Source of the DNA: Chitinophagales bacterium
Lineage (GTDB): Bacteria > Bacteroidota > Bacteroidia > Chitinophagales > UBA8649
Assembly (NCBI GenBank): GCA_037624485.1
Contig: JASJJC010000008.1
Coordinates: 7,051-71,050, forward strand
Direction: 5' to 3'
DNA length: 64,000 nt
The notes beneath the pieces were generated by a model, which worked only from the letters and a program-made list of their open reading frames with translations, had not been told where the DNA came from and made no database searches. The position numbers were made by a program, and so were the translations under genes. Shown here piece by piece: positions 30,607 through 40,326 of this stretch. Position 1 is the first letter of the stretch. Each line of letters starts with the position of its first letter.

Positions 30607-31242
30607 ATGCATTATACAGAATCAACTATTAAAAACCTGCCTAGAGTTCAACGTTTAAATTTAATCAACTCAATAACGGGTATAAAACCAGGCAATCTAA
30701 TCGGGACAAAATCTAATGCAGGAGTTAGCAATCTAGCTATCATCAGCTCGGTGGTTCACTTGGGAAGTAACCCACCTTATATCGGATTTATTTTGAGACC
30801 CAGTATGGTTGACCGAAGAGATACCTATGAAAACATTTTAGAAAACTGTTTTTATACGATCAATCACATTCCAAGCAATTTTGTAGAACAAGCCCATTAT
30901 ACCTCTGCAAAATTTGATAAGGAAACCTCAGAATTTGAACAATGTAAGTTCACGGAGGAATATCTCTCCGATTTCCCTGCTCCATTCGTAAAAGAATCTG
31001 GGTTGAAAATTGGGCTCAAGCATGTAGAGAGCATCCCGATATCTATTAACAATACCATGATGATTGTTGGCAAGGTTCTGTATATTGACGTAGATTCTAA
31101 AGCGTTATCGCCCGAAGGATACTTAGACCTAGACCTACTAGACAGTGCTGGAATAGGTGGTTTGAATACCTATTATAAGCTTAAAAAGATCAAGCAATTT
31201 CCCTATGCCAGAGTGGCGGAGTTACCCAAATTTTCAAAATGA
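30607..31242 (+). CDS. Flavin reductase-like (DIM6/NTAB) family protein
   Basis: NLAIISSVVHLGSNPP, DTYENI and APFVKES motifs. Confidence 0.85.
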   Translation: MHYTESTIKNLPRVQRLNLINSITGIKPGNLIGTKSNAGVSNLAIISSVVHLGSNPPYIGFILRPSMVDRRDTYENILENCFYTINHIPSNFVEQAHYTSAKFDKETSEFEQCKFTEEYLSDFPAPFVKESGLKIGLKHVESIPISINNTMMIVGKVLYIDVDSKALSPEGYLDLDLLDSAGIGGLNTYYKLKKIKQFPYARVAELPKFSK

Positions 31243-31373
31243 AAAAAAGTAATCTTCCATCCAAAATTTGCTTGATTTGCAAGCGACCTTTTTCTTGGAG
31301 AAAGAAATGGAAACAATGTTGGGAAGATGTTAAATACTGTAGTGAACGATGCAAAAGAAATAAGAACAATTGA
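31239..31373 (+). CDS. DUF2256 family small Cys protein (44 aa; absent from the ORF track)
   Basis: Manual translation MKKSNLPSKICLICKRPFSWRKKWKQCWEDVKYCSERCKRNKNN; overlaps both neighbours by 4 nt. Confidence 0.9.
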   Translation: MKKSNLPSKICLICKRPFSWRKKWKQCWEDVKYCSERCKRNKNN

Positions 31374-32854
31374 AAAGTGTAAATATCATATTCCCCCATC
31401 AATTATTTGAACAACATGAAATTCATGATAATGGATTTCCAATCTATTTAGTTGAAGAATACTTATATTTCAAAAAGCTTAAATTTCATAAACGTAAAAT
31501 AGCTTATCATCGGGCTACTATGAAGTGCCATCAGGCTTATCTTGAAGCCAAAGGAATAACCGTGCACTATATAGCTAGTATTTCAGCAAATAGTGACATA
31601 TGCATTCTTATCAAGCAGTTAGCTGACTCCTATAAAAAGATAGTTTTTATAGATCCAACAGACGATTGGTTAGAACAAAGATTGAAGGCAAGTATAGAAG
31701 AATCAAAATTAGCCTCCCTTAGCTATGAAAATCCGCTTTTCATAAATTCAAGAGATGATTTACAGACTTTTTTTAAGGCAAGTAAAAAGTCTTTTTTTCA
31801 CACTACTTTTTACAAACAAGAAAGAAAGAAGCATGGAATTCTATTGGATAGCTTAGAACAACCCTTAGGAGGAAAATGGAGTTATGATGATGAAAATCGA
31901 AAGAAATATCCTCGAGGAAAAACTCCGCCTGCAATTAACTTTCTTGAAGGGAATGACTACTGGAAGGAAGCTGTAGCTTATACAGAGAAATATTTTCCTG
32001 ATAATTATGGTAGCATCAGCGAAAAATCCCTGTACCCCATTTCGCATGAAGAAACCCGCCGCTGGCTGATTGAATTTTTAAAAAATAGATTTGAGGAGTT
32101 TGGCCATTATGAAGACGCCATATTAAAGGAACAATCACACCTGCATCATAGTTTGTTAACTCCTATGCTTAACATCGGCTTAATCAGCCCAAAGTATATT
32201 GTGAATGCAAGTATTAGTTTTGCAAGAAAGCATGATATACCCCTTAACTCTTTAGAGGGCTTTATTCGGCAAATAATAGGTTGGCGAGAGTTTATTCGTG
32301 GAATGTACCAAGTTAAAGGAAGATATTCGCGAACAAGAAACTTTTGGGGTTTCAACCGTAAAATTCCCTCATCCTTTTATACAGGAAGCACAGGTATAGA
32401 ACCGATCGATGAAACCATAAAGAAAATTTTAAAGGATGGTTATTGTCATCATATCGAACGCTTGATGCTATTGGGTAATTTTATGCTGCTCTGTGAATTC
32501 CATCCCAATGAAGTCTATGAATGGTTTATGGAGATGTTTATTGATGCATATGATTGGGTAATGGTCCCTAATGTATATGGTATGAGCCAATTTGCCGATG
32601 GTGGATTATTTGCCACCAAACCCTACATTAGCGGCTCTAACTATGTATTAAAAATGAGTAATTACAAGCGTGGAGATTGGCAAAAAACTTGGGATGGACT
32701 TTTTTGGAGGTTTATGCATGTGCATCGTGACTTCTTTTCGAGCAACCATCGATTAGGCATGCTGGTCAGAAACTTAGACAAAATGGGTGTGGAAAAAAGA
32801 AGTACGCATATTTCAAATGCGGAATTCTTTTTAAAAAATTTGGAGAAAAAGTGA
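31370..32854 (+). CDS. Cryptochrome/photolyase family protein, PhrB/CryB (COG3046, prokaryotic 6-4 photolyase) type
   Basis: P.GGKWSYDDENRK, EGFIRQIIGWREF, HHIERLM, DAYDWV..PNV.GM and TKPYISGSNY motifs; TTG start. Confidence 0.9.
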   Translation: MKSVNIIFPHQLFEQHEIHDNGFPIYLVEEYLYFKKLKFHKRKIAYHRATMKCHQAYLEAKGITVHYIASISANSDICILIKQLADSYKKIVFIDPTDDWLEQRLKASIEESKLASLSYENPLFINSRDDLQTFFKASKKSFFHTTFYKQERKKHGILLDSLEQPLGGKWSYDDENRKKYPRGKTPPAINFLEGNDYWKEAVAYTEKYFPDNYGSISEKSLYPISHEETRRWLIEFLKNRFEEFGHYEDAILKEQSHLHHSLLTPMLNIGLISPKYIVNASISFARKHDIPLNSLEGFIRQIIGWREFIRGMYQVKGRYSRTRNFWGFNRKIPSSFYTGSTGIEPIDETIKKILKDGYCHHIERLMLLGNFMLLCEFHPNEVYEWFMEMFIDAYDWVMVPNVYGMSQFADGGLFATKPYISGSNYVLKMSNYKRGDWQKTWDGLFWRFMHVHRDFFSSNHRLGMLVRNLDKMGVEKRSTHISNAEFFLKNLEKK

Positions 32855-32872
32855 AAATGAATCATTAAGTTT

Positions 32873-33646
32873 ATGCCAATGAAAATCCAACGTTTAAATA
32901 TGGACAACACCTGGTTCATTGAGTTTGCGGGCTTGCGCATGCTGATTGACCCTTGGCTGTTTGGGCAAGAAGTAGACTTCTTCTCCTGGTTCAATACCCA
33001 ATGGCATAGAACTGCACCCGTTTCGCTTGCTGAAGTACCTGATTTTGACCTTGTGCTAATCACACAAAAATATCCGGATCATTTTCACCAGGAAACATTG
33101 AAAAAGTTGCAACCCAAATTGGTGGTTGGTCCACAATCAATTGAAAATCAGTTGAACAAAATCTTGCCAGATTCGAATATTCTCTCTTTCAATGAAGGAA
33201 TTCATGATATCCATCAAAAAGGAATACGTATTCATCACCTGCCAAGCGCTAGGAAAATAGATCCCATTTATGATGCGCTTGTTATAGAAAATGGTGAGCA
33301 AAGTATTTTTTTAGCAAGCCATGGCTTCACTTCCATTGATCAATGGCAAAGCGCAATTAAGGAACACCCTCCAGTTCATGTCATGCTAAGTCCCTTCGAC
33401 CATTACCAACTTCCATTCTTTTTGGGTGGCACGGTTGCACCAGGAATTGAAGGACTTAGAAAGTTAGCAAAAAGTCTTAACCCTACCCATATTATTGCGA
33501 CGCATGACGAGGACAAGCATGCTAAAGGTTTGGTCAGTAAATTTGCTAAAATTACGAAAGCACCAAACTACGATAAATTGCAATCCTTTCCCGAATTGAA
33601 AAATAAAATTTTACCTTTCACCAATTACAAAGCTTTAGAAATATGA
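32873..33646 (+). CDS. MBL-fold metallo-hydrolase with degenerate metal motif
   Basis: LIDPWL motif; TQKYPDHFH in place of HxHxDH. Confidence 0.75.
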   Translation: MPMKIQRLNMDNTWFIEFAGLRMLIDPWLFGQEVDFFSWFNTQWHRTAPVSLAEVPDFDLVLITQKYPDHFHQETLKKLQPKLVVGPQSIENQLNKILPDSNILSFNEGIHDIHQKGIRIHHLPSARKIDPIYDALVIENGEQSIFLASHGFTSIDQWQSAIKEHPPVHVMLSPFDHYQLPFFLGGTVAPGIEGLRKLAKSLNPTHIIATHDEDKHAKGLVSKFAKITKAPNYDKLQSFPELKNKILPFTNYKALEI

Positions 33647-34509
33647 AGACTCGTTCAAATCATTTAATGCAAATTGTATTCATGTATATCATCATGGGTT
33701 TAAGCGGCTTCTTCTCATGGAAGTATATACCTATTGAAGAAGAAGTATTTCGATTTTTCGCCGCGCATATAGTGATGACTATTAACTGTTTTTTATTTTC
33801 ACTCTTAAAAAACAACTCTTCTGTATATGACGCTTTCTGGAGTGTGATCCCATTTTTCTTTTGTGTTATGTGGGCCATTATTCATTCAGAAACCCTCAAC
33901 GTTTTCCATATTTTGACTTTAGGAACAGTGAGTCTGTGGTCATGGAGACTAACACTGAACTGGGCTAGGTCATGGGATGGTTTTGAACATGAAGATTGGC
34001 GATATATTGATTTAGCCAATAAGAGTGGGAAAATGTATCCTTTTGTAAATTTTTTAGGGATTCATCTCTTTCCTACAATCATGGTGTTTGCTAGTATGCT
34101 GCCCTTGTTTTATATATTTTCAGACGCTAATCCAGACAAGATTATTTTTGCTTTGGGTATTTTCATCGCTTTGAGTGGTATCGGATTTGAACATTTCGCT
34201 GACAACGAATTGTTCCGCTTTAGAAAGCGACCAAATCCAAAGCAAGAAGAAATTCTTCAAACTGGATTATGGGGCATGTGTCGATACCCCAATTATTTAG
34301 GAGAATCACTATTTTGGATAGGTTTAGCTTTTATTGGACAGGCCTATCAAGCACCCTGGTATACAATTATTGGAAGTGTGGCTATGTTCCTAATGATCCG
34401 ATTCATTTCAATCCCTATGAAGGAAGAACGAATGTTGGCAAGACGACCTTCTTTTGAAGCATATCAAGCGAAAACTCCTTTACTATTGCCAAAACTATTT
34501 AAGAAGTAG
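33643..34509 (+). CDS. DUF1295 family membrane protein (steroid reductase-like)
   Basis: YDAFWS, WSWRLT, EDWRY and GLW..CRYPNYLGE motifs. Confidence 0.88.
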   Translation: MKTRSNHLMQIVFMYIIMGLSGFFSWKYIPIEEEVFRFFAAHIVMTINCFLFSLLKNNSSVYDAFWSVIPFFFCVMWAIIHSETLNVFHILTLGTVSLWSWRLTLNWARSWDGFEHEDWRYIDLANKSGKMYPFVNFLGIHLFPTIMVFASMLPLFYIFSDANPDKIIFALGIFIALSGIGFEHFADNELFRFRKRPNPKQEEILQTGLWGMCRYPNYLGESLFWIGLAFIGQAYQAPWYTIIGSVAMFLMIRFISIPMKEERMLARRPSFEAYQAKTPLLLPKLFKK

Positions 34510-34539
34510 ATTGTATTGTTGTTAATATGGAGTTTTATT

Positions 34540-34577
34540 TTTAGATTTGTCTAAATATTAATTTAGATTATACTAAA
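34540..34577. promoter_or_regulatory. Tandem DtxR/MntR-type operator pair
   Basis: TTTAG-N6-CTAAA at 34540-34555 and 34562-34577, 22 bp apart, directly upstream of the ZIP gene. Confidence 0.72.
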
Positions 34578-34583
34578 AATAAA

Positions 34584-35450
34584 ATGATGTTGGAGCAAAT
34601 AACAGAATACTTCGCACAATTGCATCCTATAAAAGCGGCTTTTCTTGCAGGCTTATTTACTTGGACATTAACCGCAATTGGGGCAAGCTTGGTATTTTTC
34701 TTTAAAACTTCTAACCGAAAATTTTTAGATGCCTCCTTGGGGTTTACAGGGGGAGTTATGATTGCTGCAAGTTTTTGGTCATTACTAGCGCCCGCTATAC
34801 ATTACGTGGAACTTCAAAATGAATTAGGCTTAAGCACAACACCCTCATGGTTTGCACCAGCGATTGGTTTTTTAGCTGGCGCACTTACCCTATTTGCTTT
34901 AGATAAGATCATCCCACACCTGCATATATTTTCTAAACGGGAAGAAGCGGAAGGCGTAAAAACAAATTGGCAAAAAACAATTCTTTTAGTGTTGGCCATT
35001 GCACTGCATAATATTCCAGAAGGATTGGCTGTCGGGGTAGCCTTTGGCGCTTTAGCTAACCCTGAGTTACTAGGAATGGAAGGCCAAAATGTATTTACTA
35101 TTGGTTCAGCAGTAGCATTAGCTATTGGCATTGGTATTCAAAATTTCCCTGAGGGATTTGCTGTTTCTATGCCTTTAAGAAGACAAGGAGTAAGCGCATT
35201 TAAATCCTGGCAATGGGGGCAACTTTCTGCCATCGTTGAACCTATATTCGCGGTTATCGGAGCCGCTATTGTACTTACCGTTCTTCCGATACTACCTTAT
35301 GCCCTTGCTTTTGCCGCAGGTGCAATGATTTTTATAGTTGTAGAAGAAGTAATTCCGGAAAGCCAACGCGGCGGGAATACAGACTTAGCCACTATGGGAC
35401 TAATATGTGGTTTCATAGTAATGATGATATTGGATGTAGCCTTGGGATAA
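34584..35450 (+). CDS. ZIP family divalent metal transporter (GufA/ZupT)
   Basis: HNIPEGLAVG, QNFPEG and EEVIPES motifs. Confidence 0.92.
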   Translation: MMLEQITEYFAQLHPIKAAFLAGLFTWTLTAIGASLVFFFKTSNRKFLDASLGFTGGVMIAASFWSLLAPAIHYVELQNELGLSTTPSWFAPAIGFLAGALTLFALDKIIPHLHIFSKREEAEGVKTNWQKTILLVLAIALHNIPEGLAVGVAFGALANPELLGMEGQNVFTIGSAVALAIGIGIQNFPEGFAVSMPLRRQGVSAFKSWQWGQLSAIVEPIFAVIGAAIVLTVLPILPYALAFAAGAMIFIVVEEVIPESQRGGNTDLATMGLICGFIVMMILDVALG

Positions 35451-35465
35451 AATAAATTTATTATT

Positions 35466-36260
35466 ATGTTAAAAAGAATCTATTTAATTGTATTTATAGT
35501 TTTATCAGTTCAACTAGCCTGCGCTCAGGAATCCATTGTAACCGATAGACCAGATCAAACAGAATCATCCTTAACAATACCTCATAAAAGTTTTCAAATC
35601 GAAAGTGGTTTTGGCTTTTATTTCACTAATAATTCAACAAGTATTTCAACACCTAATACGCTGTTTCGACTTGGGGTTTCGCGATTTTTTGAATTGAGAT
35701 TTTTTAATGAAGTACTGATAAACAAACCCATTTTAACCGAAAAGGAGAAGGGAATTAGTGATTTACAGTTTGGCTTTAAATGGCAACTTTTCAAAAAAGA
35801 TGACAATAAAACAAGCATTGGGTTTCTTAGTCACTTAATCGTCCCAAGCGGTTCAAAAAGTTTGAGTAATAATAGTTGGGGAAATACAAGTAGGATATTA
35901 TTTGCCCATCAATTAACGGATCAAACCTCATTAGGCTACAATCTGGGATACACCTATTTGAATAGCTTAAAAGGAAACTTAATTTATACACTATCCTGTG
36001 CACATTCAATTACCGATAAGTTTGCTGTTTTTGCAGAGATATATGGCAATTTAATTGAGTTTGAAAAAATTATGGCCAATGGAGATGCTGGATTCACCTT
36101 CTTGATAAAACCTAATATTCAATTAGATGCTTCTTATGGCTTAGGGTTTAATGAAAAGATGAATTTCTTTAGTTTGGGCGTAAGTTGGAATATTGCACCT
36201 AAGAATTCACCTTCTTTACTAACAGGGAATTTGCTACATGCAAGGAAATCACAACCTTAA
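35466..36260 (+). CDS. Outer-membrane beta-barrel 'transporter' (MetA-pathway/phenol-degradation-like family)
   Basis: Signal peptide then TDRPDQTES motif; amphipathic strands. Confidence 0.78.
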   Translation: MLKRIYLIVFIVLSVQLACAQESIVTDRPDQTESSLTIPHKSFQIESGFGFYFTNNSTSISTPNTLFRLGVSRFFELRFFNEVLINKPILTEKEKGISDLQFGFKWQLFKKDDNKTSIGFLSHLIVPSGSKSLSNNSWGNTSRILFAHQLTDQTSLGYNLGYTYLNSLKGNLIYTLSCAHSITDKFAVFAEIYGNLIEFEKIMANGDAGFTFLIKPNIQLDASYGLGFNEKMNFFSLGVSWNIAPKNSPSLLTGNLLHARKSQP

Positions 36261-36867
36261 GCTTATTTTCTAAATGTAACTCCTGGGATTGATCAAAAGG
36301 AAACTTGCTGCCCAATTTAACCTTTGCTCCTAAGTTTAATCCTTGTTGATTGAGATATTGGAGGAATTCTACTGAACTATCAGACACTCCCATAAGTATG
36401 AGTTCATCGTTCTCACTGAAACTAGATAGTTTTTTTAAGGCTAATCTTTGAATATTTCCCGCAGCATCAGGAATCGGATCACCATGAGGATCTGACTTAG
36501 GAAAGCCCAAAAACTGGTCTAATTTAAGAATCAATTCGGGTGACTTAACATGCTCCAATTGTTCAGCAACCTCATGTACTTGATCCCATCTAAAGCCAAG
36601 CTTGTCGACTAAAAAAAATTCCCAAAGTCGATGTTTTCTTACCAGTCCAACAGCAATAATTTCGCCTTTTTTACTCAAAAAGGCACCCTTATACTTTTCA
36701 TAAATCACTAAATCCTTATCAGCCAATCGCTTAATCATATCAGAAACCGAAGCTGCACTTGTTTCCATTCTTGCAGAAATTGCATTAGTTGAAGCTGCTG
36801 CTTCACCATCATTGCAGATATAGTACAATGCCTTTAAATAATTCTCTTCCGTTTCAGACAGATTCAT
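36199..36867 (-). CDS. DtxR/MntR family metal-dependent transcriptional regulator
   Basis: EENYLKALY, RKHRLWE.FL, AEQLEH, DPHGDPIP motifs and FeoA-like C-terminus. Confidence 0.93.
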   Translation of the reverse strand: MNLSETEENYLKALYYICNDGEAAASTNAISARMETSAASVSDMIKRLADKDLVIYEKYKGAFLSKKGEIIAVGLVRKHRLWEFFLVDKLGFRWDQVHEVAEQLEHVKSPELILKLDQFLGFPKSDPHGDPIPDAAGNIQRLALKKLSSFSENDELILMGVSDSSVEFLQYLNQQGLNLGAKVKLGSKFPFDQSQELHLENKLKVVISLHVANSLLVKKVNS

Positions 36868-36988
36868 AAGGTAAAGATAAGAAAGCCCATAATACTATTA
36901 CATTCCTATTAACAATTTAACTTATGTTGTTAATACTTAAGTGAGCTTCGCTTTGGTATATTAAGTTCAAAGGAGCATATTTAGATAT

Positions 36989-37864
36989 ATGAAAATGAAG
37001 AAAATTGCAGCTATTGACATTGGCTCAAATGCAATGCGCTTATTGATCAACAATGTCATTGAGTATCAAGGAAGAAAATTATTTAAAAAAGTAGATATCG
37101 TTCGAGTCCCAATTCGTTTGGGTACTGAAGCATTTAAAGAACAAATGATAAGTGACTACACTAGAAATCGTTTACTAAATGCCCTATATGCCTTCAAGCA
37201 TCTAATGGAAGCTCAGGAAGTTGCCTTGTATAGGGGATGCGCCACAAGTGCGATGAGAGAAGCTAAAAATGGTGTGGAGATTATCCAACAAATCAAACAA
37301 GAAACCGGTCTGAAGATTGAAATAATCAACGGTAAAGAAGAGGCTGAAATCATTTATGCAAATCACATTGAAAAATTAATTGATGATAAGCAGGCATATC
37401 TCTATGTCGATGTGGGCGGCGGTAGTACTGAAATTACTTACTTCAAAAATGGTAATGTAGCGGATTCTCGTTCCTTCAATATAGGTACAATCCGTATTCT
37501 TAATGATATGGTTAAAACATCCAAATGGGAGGATTTGCACGCATGGCTAGATGACATTTTAAAGGGGCAACATGTTCAATTAATTGGCTCCGGGGGCAAT
37601 ATTAATAAGGTGGCTAAAATTTCTAAAAAAGACCCTAAGGAGCCATTAAGCTACGATTACATCAAAGGATATTATGACACCCTTAGATCGCATACCTATG
37701 AAGAGCGTATTTTAAAATTAGACCTCAATCCAGATAGAGCAGATGTTATTATTCCCGCTATGAAGATTTTTGTTAATATCATGAAGTGGACAAAATCCAA
37801 GCAAATTTATGTCCCGAAAGTTGGATTGGCAGATGGGATTATCAAGCAGTTAGCTGGAGTTTAA
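36989..37864 (+). CDS. ppx: Exopolyphosphatase (Ppx/GppA family)
   Basis: IDIGSNAMRL, ATSAMREA, DVGGGSTE and RADVI motifs. Confidence 0.9.
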   Translation: MKMKKIAAIDIGSNAMRLLINNVIEYQGRKLFKKVDIVRVPIRLGTEAFKEQMISDYTRNRLLNALYAFKHLMEAQEVALYRGCATSAMREAKNGVEIIQQIKQETGLKIEIINGKEEAEIIYANHIEKLIDDKQAYLYVDVGGGSTEITYFKNGNVADSRSFNIGTIRILNDMVKTSKWEDLHAWLDDILKGQHVQLIGSGGNINKVAKISKKDPKEPLSYDYIKGYYDTLRSHTYEERILKLDLNPDRADVIIPAMKIFVNIMKWTKSKQIYVPKVGLADGIIKQLAGV

Positions 37865-37929
37865 GCACTACTTAGACTTTTTAATAAAAGAATATGCTAT
37901 GATTAGATATGTCTCTTCATCAATTTCAT

Positions 37930-37937
37930 TAAATTTG
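37930..37937 (+). promoter_or_regulatory. Bacteroidota -7 promoter element
   Basis: TAAATTTG upstream of glyQS. Confidence 0.55.
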
Positions 37938-37958
37938 ATGCTTTAACCCACAACAATT

Positions 37959-39494
37959 ATGGCTCAACAAGATGATTTGTTCAAAAATATAGTATCACAT
38001 GCCAAGGAATATGGCTTTGTTTTTCAATCTTCAGAAATATACGATGGCCTAGGTGCTGTATATGATTATGGACCAAATGGAAGTGAGTTAAAAAATAATA
38101 TTAAAACCTATTGGTGGAAAGCGATGGTGCAAATGCACGAAAACATTGTTGGTATTGACTCCGCCATTTTTATGGACCCTCAAGTTTGGAAAGCTAGCGG
38201 ACATGTCGATGCATTTAACGACCCACTAATAGACAATAAGGATAGTAAGAAAAGGTATCGTGCAGATGTTCTGGTAGAAGATCACATCGAAAAAATTAAT
38301 CAAAAGATTTTGAAGGATGTAATCAAAGCGGCTAAACGTTTTGGAGAAGATTTTAATGAAAAGGAGTTTCGATCTACTAACCCTAATGTAACGAGAAGAC
38401 AAGAAGAAATTGATGGCATTGAAGCGAGGATGAAAGCTGCTTTAGAGAATGAAGATTTAGTAGATTTCAAAGCTTTAATCGAAGACCTAGGCATCGCTTG
38501 TCCTGTTTCAGGAAGTAAGAATTGGACCGATGTGCGTCAATTTAATTTGATGTTCAACACCCAACTGGGCAACATTGCAGGAGAAGAAGGTAAGTTATAC
38601 CTCCGACCAGAGACCGCTCAAGGAATTTTTGTCAACTTCCTAAATGTCCTGAATACCTCTCGTCAGCGAATCCCTTTTGGTATTGCCCAAATTGGTAAAG
38701 CATTCAGAAATGAAATCGTTGCACGACAATTCATATTTAGAATGCGTGAATTTGAACAAATGGAAATGCAATTTTTTGTAAGACCAGGCGAACAAGAAAA
38801 ATGGTATACCTACTGGAAAGAAGCTCGATTGAAATGGCATAAAGCTTTGGGTTTGGGTAATGAAAACTATCGTTTTCACGACCATCTAAAACCTGCTCAC
38901 TATGCAGATAATGCCTTGGATATTGAATTTAACTTCCCATTTGGTTTCAAAGAATTAGAAGGAGTGCACTCACGTACAGATTTTGATTTGACACAGCATC
39001 AAGAATTAAGTGGCAAAAAGCTGCAATACTTTGATCCTGAACTACAAGAAAGTTATGTCCCCTATGTTGTCGAGACCTCAATAGGTCTTGATAGAATGTT
39101 CTTAGCTACCTTGAGTTCTTGCTATAAAAATGAAGATTTAGGTGAAGGTAACTCGCGAGTTGTTTTGGCCTTACCTCCTGTTTTGGCTCCAGTTAAAGTA
39201 GCTATTTTCCCATTGACTAAAAAAGACGGCTTACCGGATAAGGCGCGAGAAATATTCAATCAACTTCGTTTGGACTTGAACTGTCAATATGAAGAAAAGG
39301 ATAATATCGGAAAACGCTACCGTCGACAAGATGCTATCGGAACGCCATATTGCATTACTGTAGATCATCAAACGCTTGAAGATAACACAGTCACTATTCG
39401 CGAAAGAGACTCCATGGAACAAGAGCGTATATCTATCGATCAAGTAAGGCAAGTTGCCTTAGAAAGATGCAGCTGGGGGAAAATACTACAGTAA
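37959..39494 (+). CDS. glyQS: Glycine--tRNA ligase (homodimeric type)
   Basis: LRPETAQGIF, FRNEI, REFEQME, ELEG.HSRTDFDL motifs and anticodon-binding domain. Confidence 0.96.
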   Translation: MAQQDDLFKNIVSHAKEYGFVFQSSEIYDGLGAVYDYGPNGSELKNNIKTYWWKAMVQMHENIVGIDSAIFMDPQVWKASGHVDAFNDPLIDNKDSKKRYRADVLVEDHIEKINQKILKDVIKAAKRFGEDFNEKEFRSTNPNVTRRQEEIDGIEARMKAALENEDLVDFKALIEDLGIACPVSGSKNWTDVRQFNLMFNTQLGNIAGEEGKLYLRPETAQGIFVNFLNVLNTSRQRIPFGIAQIGKAFRNEIVARQFIFRMREFEQMEMQFFVRPGEQEKWYTYWKEARLKWHKALGLGNENYRFHDHLKPAHYADNALDIEFNFPFGFKELEGVHSRTDFDLTQHQELSGKKLQYFDPELQESYVPYVVETSIGLDRMFLATLSSCYKNEDLGEGNSRVVLALPPVLAPVKVAIFPLTKKDGLPDKAREIFNQLRLDLNCQYEEKDNIGKRYRRQDAIGTPYCITVDHQTLEDNTVTIRERDSMEQERISIDQVRQVALERCSWGKILQ

Positions 39495-39633
39495 TATAAC
39501 CATCTCCACATTAGGAAGCAGCTAGGATTCAAATCAAAAATATTTCACCCGTATTTTTAATGCCAGCAAAAACTGACTGATATCAACCTGTCACAAAGCT
39601 GCGGCTGCGACTGATATTCCATGCCACAATTAT

Positions 39634-39981
39634 TTATGTCATTAAATTTATTGATGCCCAAAATATGTACATATTTAAAGCCATATAAAAAAAAGCTGGC
39701 AAAGAAACCCGAATGCTATCTTTTAACTTTAATCTTACCATGAGGCCAGCGAACATTAGTAATGCAAGACCGAGCGATGAAATCATTAGAATAAAATAAA
39801 ATTTAAGTCCTACTAATAAACCTAAAGCTCCCATAATCTCTAATACAACAGTGGTTAATCCCATTTTTTCCAGACCAAACCGTTTAAATTCACTTTTCAT
39901 ATGCGGTGAATTAAAATAGGAAAATGCATAAGCAAAAAAGGAAAAACTTGATATTAAAACACACGTTATAATTATGTACAT
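39634..39981 (-). CDS. DoxX-like family membrane protein
   Basis: EFKRFGL...LEIMGALGLLVG; 4 TM helices. Confidence 0.78.
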   Translation of the reverse strand: MYIIITCVLISSFSFFAYAFSYFNSPHMKSEFKRFGLEKMGLTTVVLEIMGALGLLVGLKFYFILMISSLGLALLMFAGLMVRLKLKDSIRVSLPAFFYMALNMYIFWASINLMT

Positions 39982-39990
39982 CCTTATCTA

Positions 39991-40326
39991 TTAGATTGAT
40001 GAATAGGCTATGAAAATGCTTAGGAACAGAAGAATTAGCGATGGTAAATGTTTAATAAATAAGTTACTTATTTTGAAATGAAAATATTGAGCACCTACCA
40101 TTAACAATCCCATAAGAATTGATGGAATAAGAACCAGTGAGGGATACCAAATACCAGCAACAAGCAATGTAGCTAAGGATATTTTTGTAGCTCCTACTAT
40201 ATTTCGGGTTAAATCACTCAATCCAAATTGTTCGAATTCTTTTAAGACATTATTAAACCTAAAAGTCCATACATATGCAACAGATACTGCCACAATAATT
40301 TGTGATAACATTAATAAATTTTCCAT
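39991..40326 (-). CDS. DoxX-like family membrane protein
   Basis: EFEQFGL...VGATKI...HFKI; 4 TM helices. Confidence 0.75.
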   Translation of the reverse strand: MENLLMLSQIIVAVSVAYVWTFRFNNVLKEFEQFGLSDLTRNIVGATKISLATLLVAGIWYPSLVLIPSILMGLLMVGAQYFHFKISNLFIKHLPSLILLFLSIFIAYSSI

